Origin: a virus
IMG/VR virus record: IMGVR_UViG_3300006947_000003
Span: 58,451 to 122,450 of that record
Length of the DNA stretch: 64,000 bases
Direction: 5' to 3' (one strand)
How positions within the stretch are numbered: the stretch's first letter is position 1; each line of letters opens with the position of its first letter. The notes beneath the pieces are model-generated. The model made no database searches, was not told the origin of the DNA, and saw only the letters and a program-made list of their open reading frames with translations. Below, one piece after another: positions 58,654 through 64,000 of the stretch. The position numbers were made by a program, and so were the translations under genes.

Positions 58654-60231
58654 ATGGCAAACACTAAATCTCTAGACGGCGTATTAATTAAAAAAGCCAA
58701 CAAAGGCCAGCAGTTTACAGCAGAGCAACTTGACGACTTTGTGTTGTGTGCTGATCCTAAAACTGGTCCTGAGTATTTCCTCGAAAATTATTTCTTTATA
58801 CAACATCCTGTACAAGGCAAAATTAAATACGATCCGTACGGGTTTCAAGAAACACTTGTAAAAAGTTATCATGACAATCGCTTTAGTATTAATTTGTTAA
58901 GTAGGCAAATGGGTAAAACCACTACAGCGGCTGGGTATTTACTTTGGTACGCTATGTTTGTTCCTGATAGTGTTATATTAATTGCGGCTCATAAATATGC
59001 CGGCGCACAGGAAATTATGTCACGTATTAGATATGCCTATGAACTTTGCCCTGATCACATTAGGGCAGGTGTTACAAACTACAACAGAGGATCAATTGAA
59101 TTTGAGAATGGTAGTAGGATTGTGTCACAAGCAACTACTGAAAATACAGGACGTGGTATGTCCATTACATTACTATACTGTGATGAGTTTGCCTTTGTTA
59201 GGAATAATATTGCCACGGAGTTTTGGACATCTATTTCACCTACACTAGCAACAGGTGGTAAAGCAATTATTACAAGTACACCGAATTCAGATGAAGATCA
59301 GTTTTGGTTATTGTGGACAGAGGCTAATAAAACATTAGATAACTTTGGTAATGAAGATCCAAATAGTGTAGGCGTTAACGGTTTTCATGCTTTTAAGGCG
59401 CTATGGGACGAACATCCAGATAGAGATCAGGCGTGGGCAGATGATGAACGCGGAAGAATCGGTATTGAACGTTTTAAACGTGAACACGAATGCGAACCGA
59501 TTATATTTGATGAAACTTTAATCAATCCAATTATATTAGCAAGTTTAGAAGGCCGAGAGCCCGGGTATAAACAAGGCCAAGTTCGTTGGTACCATAAGCC
59601 CAAAAAAGGAATGACTTATGTACTAGGATTAGATCCTAGTTTAGGTACAGGTGGCGACTATAGTGCTATTCAGGTATTTGAATTACCAGGTATGAAGCAA
59701 TGTGCCGAATGGCAACACAACAAAACAACAATACAACAGCAAGTTACTATTATAAAACAAATTACAAAATACATTTACGATATTACAAATGATAATAATA
59801 ACATTTATTATAGTGTAGAAAACAATACATTAGGCGAAGCGGCCCTAGTATCAATAGCAGAAGTAGGCGAAGAAGCAATACATGGTTATTTTATGAGCGA
59901 ACCTGCTAGGAGCGGGCATGTTAGACGCTTTAGAAAAGGTTTTAATACAACACACAAGAGTAAATTAGCTTCTTGTGCCAAGCTAAAAGAACTAGTAGAA
60001 AATCAAAAGCTAGTAGTACACAGTAAGCCGCTTATAACACAATTAAAAACATTTGTTGCTAGTGGTAATAGCTTCTCAGGTAAACCTGGAGAGCATGATG
60101 ACTTAGTTATGGCTCTTATTTTAGCATTACGAATTGCAACATTGTTAGGATCATATGATCCTGCGATACAACAAGACATGAGATCAAGCGAAGATGACTT
60201 TATTGAACCAATGCCGTTTGCTATCATATAA
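58654..60231 (+). CDS. gp17: Terminase large subunit
   Basis: SRQMGKTT Walker A, LLYCDEFAF Walker B, TSTPN, GLDPSLGTGGDYS, HDDLVMAL. Confidence 0.96.
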   Translation: MANTKSLDGVLIKKANKGQQFTAEQLDDFVLCADPKTGPEYFLENYFFIQHPVQGKIKYDPYGFQETLVKSYHDNRFSINLLSRQMGKTTTAAGYLLWYAMFVPDSVILIAAHKYAGAQEIMSRIRYAYELCPDHIRAGVTNYNRGSIEFENGSRIVSQATTENTGRGMSITLLYCDEFAFVRNNIATEFWTSISPTLATGGKAIITSTPNSDEDQFWLLWTEANKTLDNFGNEDPNSVGVNGFHAFKALWDEHPDRDQAWADDERGRIGIERFKREHECEPIIFDETLINPIILASLEGREPGYKQGQVRWYHKPKKGMTYVLGLDPSLGTGGDYSAIQVFELPGMKQCAEWQHNKTTIQQQVTIIKQITKYIYDITNDNNNIYYSVENNTLGEAALVSIAEVGEEAIHGYFMSEPARSGHVRRFRKGFNTTHKSKLASCAKLKELVENQKLVVHSKPLITQLKTFVASGNSFSGKPGEHDDLVMALILALRIATLLGSYDPAIQQDMRSSEDDFIEPMPFAII

Positions 60232-60246
60232 TGGATAAATAATAAT

Positions 60247-62196
60247 ATGGAACTAATTAACAAAATAGCAGATACATTATATCAAAATTTAGCAAGTAAG
60301 TTCGGTGAAGTAAATATTGCTGATGAAGGAGCTGGCTCAGTATTAGAGTCGGAACGTGCTAGATTATTTGATTTTAATTATATTATAGAAGGCGAAAAAT
60401 ACGGCCCAGTAACAATTAGTATAATTGATCCTGCTAACTTCACAATTTATTTTGCTGAAAGTTTAAGTGGTGACTTACCAAAATCAATTCAACGTAGTTG
60501 GTTTGATTTCTTAAAAGAAATGAGATATTTTGCTAAGAAAAATATGATGAACTTTGATGTACGAAATATTGGCAAAAATCAGCTAGATAAACGAGACTAT
60601 GAGGCTATTACTAAAAATAGTTCTCAATACACAACGGATGAAATTACAATGGAATCAGTCAGCAAAATGTATGGTTCAACTAAAACAAGCTATCAAACAG
60701 TTGAATCGGCGAGAATTATAGTAAAACATAGAACCGCAGTAGATGAAGATATACAAGGATCTAGAAGTAGGCAAATACAATCAATCTTTATTGAGAATGA
60801 TGCTAAAGAAAGATTTAAATTTCCTTACAAATATTTGCCAGGTGCTAGGGCAATGGCAAGACACGTAAATGCAGGCGGAAACCCACATGATGAGTTAGGG
60901 TCACATATTATTGAATGTATAAAAGAAATGTATGAGTTAAGAAACTTTGTTAGTAAACTAAAACGTGCTGACGGGTTTGTTAATGAAGATTCTGCTGATA
61001 TTATTTCTGATGCTAAAAAACGTTATAAAGGATTAAAAGAAACAGTAGCAACTCTTAGTAAACCAAAAGGTTACAAGGTGTATGCTGAAAATTTCCAACC
61101 TACAGAATCAGTTTACGATGAATCAGATCTCGATGAGCTTAAAGGCAAATTAATAAGAAATGTTGACCAATCAGAATTAGAAAGTTTATTACCTACTGTA
61201 CTTAAAGCAAGAAGAAAAGTTGCTGAAGATATGGGACCAATACATGATATTATCAAAGGTAAGTCTAAAATTGTTGTTACACCAAATGAAGAAGAAGATT
61301 CATTAATTAGAAAACAACTAGCGTTTGTTAAATCAAACAAGTTTAAAAAACCAAATGACACACAAGGTTTAGATCATACAGAAAACCCTATACATTCGTT
61401 AGTTAGAAGAATTTTAGCTACAATCTCAGTTCGTACAAAAGACGACGATTTAGCAAGAGCTATTTTTAACATTGATGATAGTTTTACTAATAAACATGAT
61501 ACTCAAATGGCAACAGCTATTGCTATGAAATGGTTAAAAGGTGAAGTAGAAGTACAGGACTATGATCCTAAATACAAAATGAAGCCACAAGACGAATCAG
61601 CACAGTTTGAAAAATGGACAGATTCAGTTGTGAAAGAAGGTACATGGCATTTACCATCAAGCGATGAAGATGTAGCAAAATTTAAAGAAATTATGGCAAC
61701 ACCTGTTATAGCAGGCGAAGGCGGCCAAGCCGCAACTGATGAAATAGGTGAAGTATTTGGTGATGATGAATTATTTGATGATTTATATGCTGTTGGAGAA
61801 AAAGATCCAAATGCTGACTGTAGAGATGTTATTAATGCTTGGTTAAAACAAACAATAAATAGAGCCAAAGGCACTGAGCACCAAGAGTATTTGATAAGAA
61901 TGTTAGGCTATGGAGAATCAAAAGAACTACCAATCGAAGCCGAAGCGGCAGTTGAAGAAATTGAAGCAAAAATGTTTGAAGGTAAGCCAATGTCAAATCC
62001 CGAAGAAGTTCTTAAAAAAGGAATGGCAGATGCTCTTGCTGATACAGTTGAAGATGAGTTAGAAGATGAGAAAGATGACACTGATGAGTCTATCAATCAT
62101 ATGAAACATTTAGCAGGTGTTATGTCTAGTAGACCTAAACCTAAAAAATCAGAAAACCAAACTACCCCAAGATCAATCCACAAAAGGAACAAGTAG
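60247..62196 (+). CDS. Large hypothetical (likely virion/head) protein
   Basis: GATAAATA box upstream; ERFKFPYKYLPGARAMARHV motif; acidic tail. Confidence 0.55.
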   Translation: MELINKIADTLYQNLASKFGEVNIADEGAGSVLESERARLFDFNYIIEGEKYGPVTISIIDPANFTIYFAESLSGDLPKSIQRSWFDFLKEMRYFAKKNMMNFDVRNIGKNQLDKRDYEAITKNSSQYTTDEITMESVSKMYGSTKTSYQTVESARIIVKHRTAVDEDIQGSRSRQIQSIFIENDAKERFKFPYKYLPGARAMARHVNAGGNPHDELGSHIIECIKEMYELRNFVSKLKRADGFVNEDSADIISDAKKRYKGLKETVATLSKPKGYKVYAENFQPTESVYDESDLDELKGKLIRNVDQSELESLLPTVLKARRKVAEDMGPIHDIIKGKSKIVVTPNEEEDSLIRKQLAFVKSNKFKKPNDTQGLDHTENPIHSLVRRILATISVRTKDDDLARAIFNIDDSFTNKHDTQMATAIAMKWLKGEVEVQDYDPKYKMKPQDESAQFEKWTDSVVKEGTWHLPSSDEDVAKFKEIMATPVIAGEGGQAATDEIGEVFGDDELFDDLYAVGEKDPNADCRDVINAWLKQTINRAKGTEHQEYLIRMLGYGESKELPIEAEAAVEEIEAKMFEGKPMSNPEEVLKKGMADALADTVEDELEDEKDDTDESINHMKHLAGVMSSRPKPKKSENQTTPRSIHKRNK

Positions 62197-62226
62197 TACA
62201 AGTAGTAAATTATCAAGGAAACTAAT

Positions 62227-62691
62227 ATGAAAGTATCAAGCGAAACTTCAGTAGCAATGCCAATGAGAAATTTAATCTCTATAGTTATTGCTGTAGGATT
62301 AGGAGTATGGGCATACTTTGGAATAGTTGAAAGATTAAACAAATCTGAAACACAGATTATTTTAATAAAAGAAGATATTAGATCTGAAGTAGAAAGAATA
62401 GACGGAGCCCACGAGTCTTTAGTTTCAGGCGATATCGCTCAAAACAACGAATTTAGAATAAAATGGCCAAGAGGAGACTTAGGCTCTCCACCAGCAGATA
62501 GTGAACAGTTTATGTTGATAGAATTTTTAAGTGGACAAGTAGAGAGTTTACAGTTGCAGGCAAAAGATAGGATGAATAACCAAGTAAACATTGAAAGACT
62601 ACAAACTGATATGGACAAGGCCTTAGCAGACATAGAAAAACTAAAAGATAAGATTAGAGAAAACGGAAATAATAAGAATTCTAGCGATTAG
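62227..62691 (+). CDS. Membrane-anchored coiled-coil protein
   Basis: One N-terminal TM (LISIVIAVGLGVWAYFGI) then coiled coil. Confidence 0.55.
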   Translation: MKVSSETSVAMPMRNLISIVIAVGLGVWAYFGIVERLNKSETQIILIKEDIRSEVERIDGAHESLVSGDIAQNNEFRIKWPRGDLGSPPADSEQFMLIEFLSGQVESLQLQAKDRMNNQVNIERLQTDMDKALADIEKLKDKIRENGNNKNSSD

Positions 62692-62700
62692 GAGAATAAA

Positions 62701-63006
62701 ATGACAGCGGCAACACTTGTAACTATTATTACTATGTTTATTATAACTGACAATTCAAGCCACTTTGTAGCATACGATAGCTTAATGGAGTGCATGAAAG
62801 ACAAAAGAGAAATTACAAAAGCAAAAGATGGAAGAAAAGCAATTTGCGGTCCGTCAATGGCAGAACTCGATGACGATGGAAACATAATTACAATTCATAA
62901 CAAAATGCCAGACGCTTCTGGTAGTTTAAAATTGGGCGGAACAGCTATTTCATTATCTGAAAAGAAAAAACAAAAATCCGGACTAAAAGTATTAACAAAG
63001 CCATAG
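62701..63006 (+). CDS. Hypothetical protein with a hydrophobic N-terminus
   Basis: AGGAG RBS; 101 aa ORF. Confidence 0.5.
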   Translation: MTAATLVTIITMFIITDNSSHFVAYDSLMECMKDKREITKAKDGRKAICGPSMAELDDDGNIITIHNKMPDASGSLKLGGTAISLSEKKKQKSGLKVLTKP

Positions 63007-63015
63007 GAAATATCA

Positions 63016-64000
63016 ATGAAAAAAATATTATTATCAATTGCTACATTATTACTAGGTACTTTACTAGTAGGATGTCAAACAGCAAATAAAGTACAAACAC
63101 ACAATACACAAGAAGTTAACTTACTAAAAACTGTAAAAGAACGAGGATATGTTATCTGTGGAGTTAATGCAGGACTGCCAGGTTTTTCAGCCCAAGACGA
63201 AGAAGGTAACTGGAGTGGTTTAGATGTTGATATGTGTAAAGCAGTAGCGGCCGCAGTATTTGGTGATTCTACTAAAGCAGAATATGTTGGCTTAAATGCC
63301 GCACAGAGATTTCCTACACTAGCATCAAGAGAAATTGACTTACTAGCAAGAAACACTACATGGACAATTAGCAGAGATGTTAATTTAATGTTTGAGTTTG
63401 CTGGTGTTAACTTTTATGATGGACAAGGCTTTATGGTGCCAACATCATTGGGTATTACAAGTGCTACAGAATTAAACGGTGCTTTTGTTTGTATTACAAA
63501 AGAAACAACTTCAGAACTAAACTTAAATGATTACTTCACAGAGAATGGTATGCAATATAAAGAAATACCAGTTGAAGGTAATAAAGACGCTAAAGCAAAA
63601 CTATTCGCTGGCGAATGTGATGTATTTACAACAGACGCTTCGGGATTAGCATCAGCAAGAGCTGGAGCAGATAATCCTAGCGATTGGGTTGTTTTACCAG
63701 AAATCATTTCTAAAGAGCCTTTAGGCCCACTTGTAAGACAAGGTGATCAAGAATGGGAAGATATAGTTAGATGGACTATGTTTGCTATGATTAATGCTGA
63801 AGAAATGGGAATTACTTCCGACAACGTTGACGAAATGCTAACGTCAGAATCAAAAGAAGTTTTAAGACTTCTAGGTGAAGATGGTTATATGGGTCCTATG
63901 TTAGGACTTGGAATGAAGTTTGGATATAACATTATTAAACAAGTTGGAAACTATGGTGAGTCTTATGAAAGAAACGTAGGACCAAACACACCTCTTGCTA
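63016..64000 (+). CDS. aapJ: General L-amino-acid ABC transporter substrate-binding protein (AapJ/BztA), lipoprotein; truncated by the window end
   Basis: Not in the ORF track. Manual translation: MKKILLSIATLLLGTLLVGC..VKERGYVICGVNAGLPGFS..GLDVDMCKAVAAAVFGD..LLARNTTWTISRD..YDGQGFMV..LPEIISKEPLGPLVRQGD..IIKQVGNYGESYERNVG. Confidence 0.9.
   Translation, partial: MKKILLSIATLLLGTLLVGCQTANKVQTHNTQEVNLLKTVKERGYVICGVNAGLPGFSAQDEEGNWSGLDVDMCKAVAAAVFGDSTKAEYVGLNAAQRFPTLASREIDLLARNTTWTISRDVNLMFEFAGVNFYDGQGFMVPTSLGITSATELNGAFVCITKETTSELNLNDYFTENGMQYKEIPVEGNKDAKAKLFAGECDVFTTDASGLASARAGADNPSDWVVLPEIISKEPLGPLVRQGDQEWEDIVRWTMFAMINAEEMGITSDNVDEMLTSESKEVLRLLGEDGYMGPMLGLGMKFGYNIIKQVGNYGESYERNVGPNTPLA

Noticed and set aside
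62227-63006. Holin/spanin lysis cassette
   Set aside because: Membrane anchors are present, but there is no endolysin or nested lipoprotein partner, so the evidence is insufficient.
1-64000. Alternative genetic code (stop-codon reassignment)
   Set aside because: Core genes are full length under the standard code, and TAA, TAG and TGA all end genes at expected positions.

Overview
The window is a 64 kb piece of a large, AT-rich T4-like myovirus (Straboviridae/Kyanoviridae-like gene content), probably marine with a proteobacterial host. It covers almost the whole virion morphogenesis module: baseplate (gp6, gp25, PAAR, gp5-like, hub, gp53, gp26-like), tape measure, portal gp20, protease gp21, scaffold gp22, major capsid gp23, a 12 kb fibre cluster, neck gp13/14/15, sheath gp18, tube gp19, gp4 and terminase. 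It also carries the late sigma factor gp55, gp47/gp46, a resolvase-like nuclease, dNMP kinase, NUDIX and a partial host-type amino-acid ABC binding protein (AapJ). The most notable observations are: (1) a PAAR spike-tip protein fused to a ~570 aa extension with an HExxH zinc-peptidase motif, next to a gp5 with no recognisable lysozyme; (2) a ~450 nt ORF-free, hairpin-dense region preceded by 13-bp tandem repeats, just downstream of the PD-(D/E)XK nuclease (candidate large ncRNA or origin); (3) a T TTT TTC -1 slippery site joining the gp26-like gene to a downstream ORF with no good start, like lambda G/GT; (4) a four-gene tailoring operon (adenylate-forming ligase, SAM methyltransferase, B12 radical SAM, 2OG-Fe(II) oxygenase); and (5) several modifying enzymes embedded among the structural genes, most behind late promoters. 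All calls come from motif recognition and gene context; no searches or folding programs were run. No tRNA, rRNA, CRISPR array or transposase was recognised.
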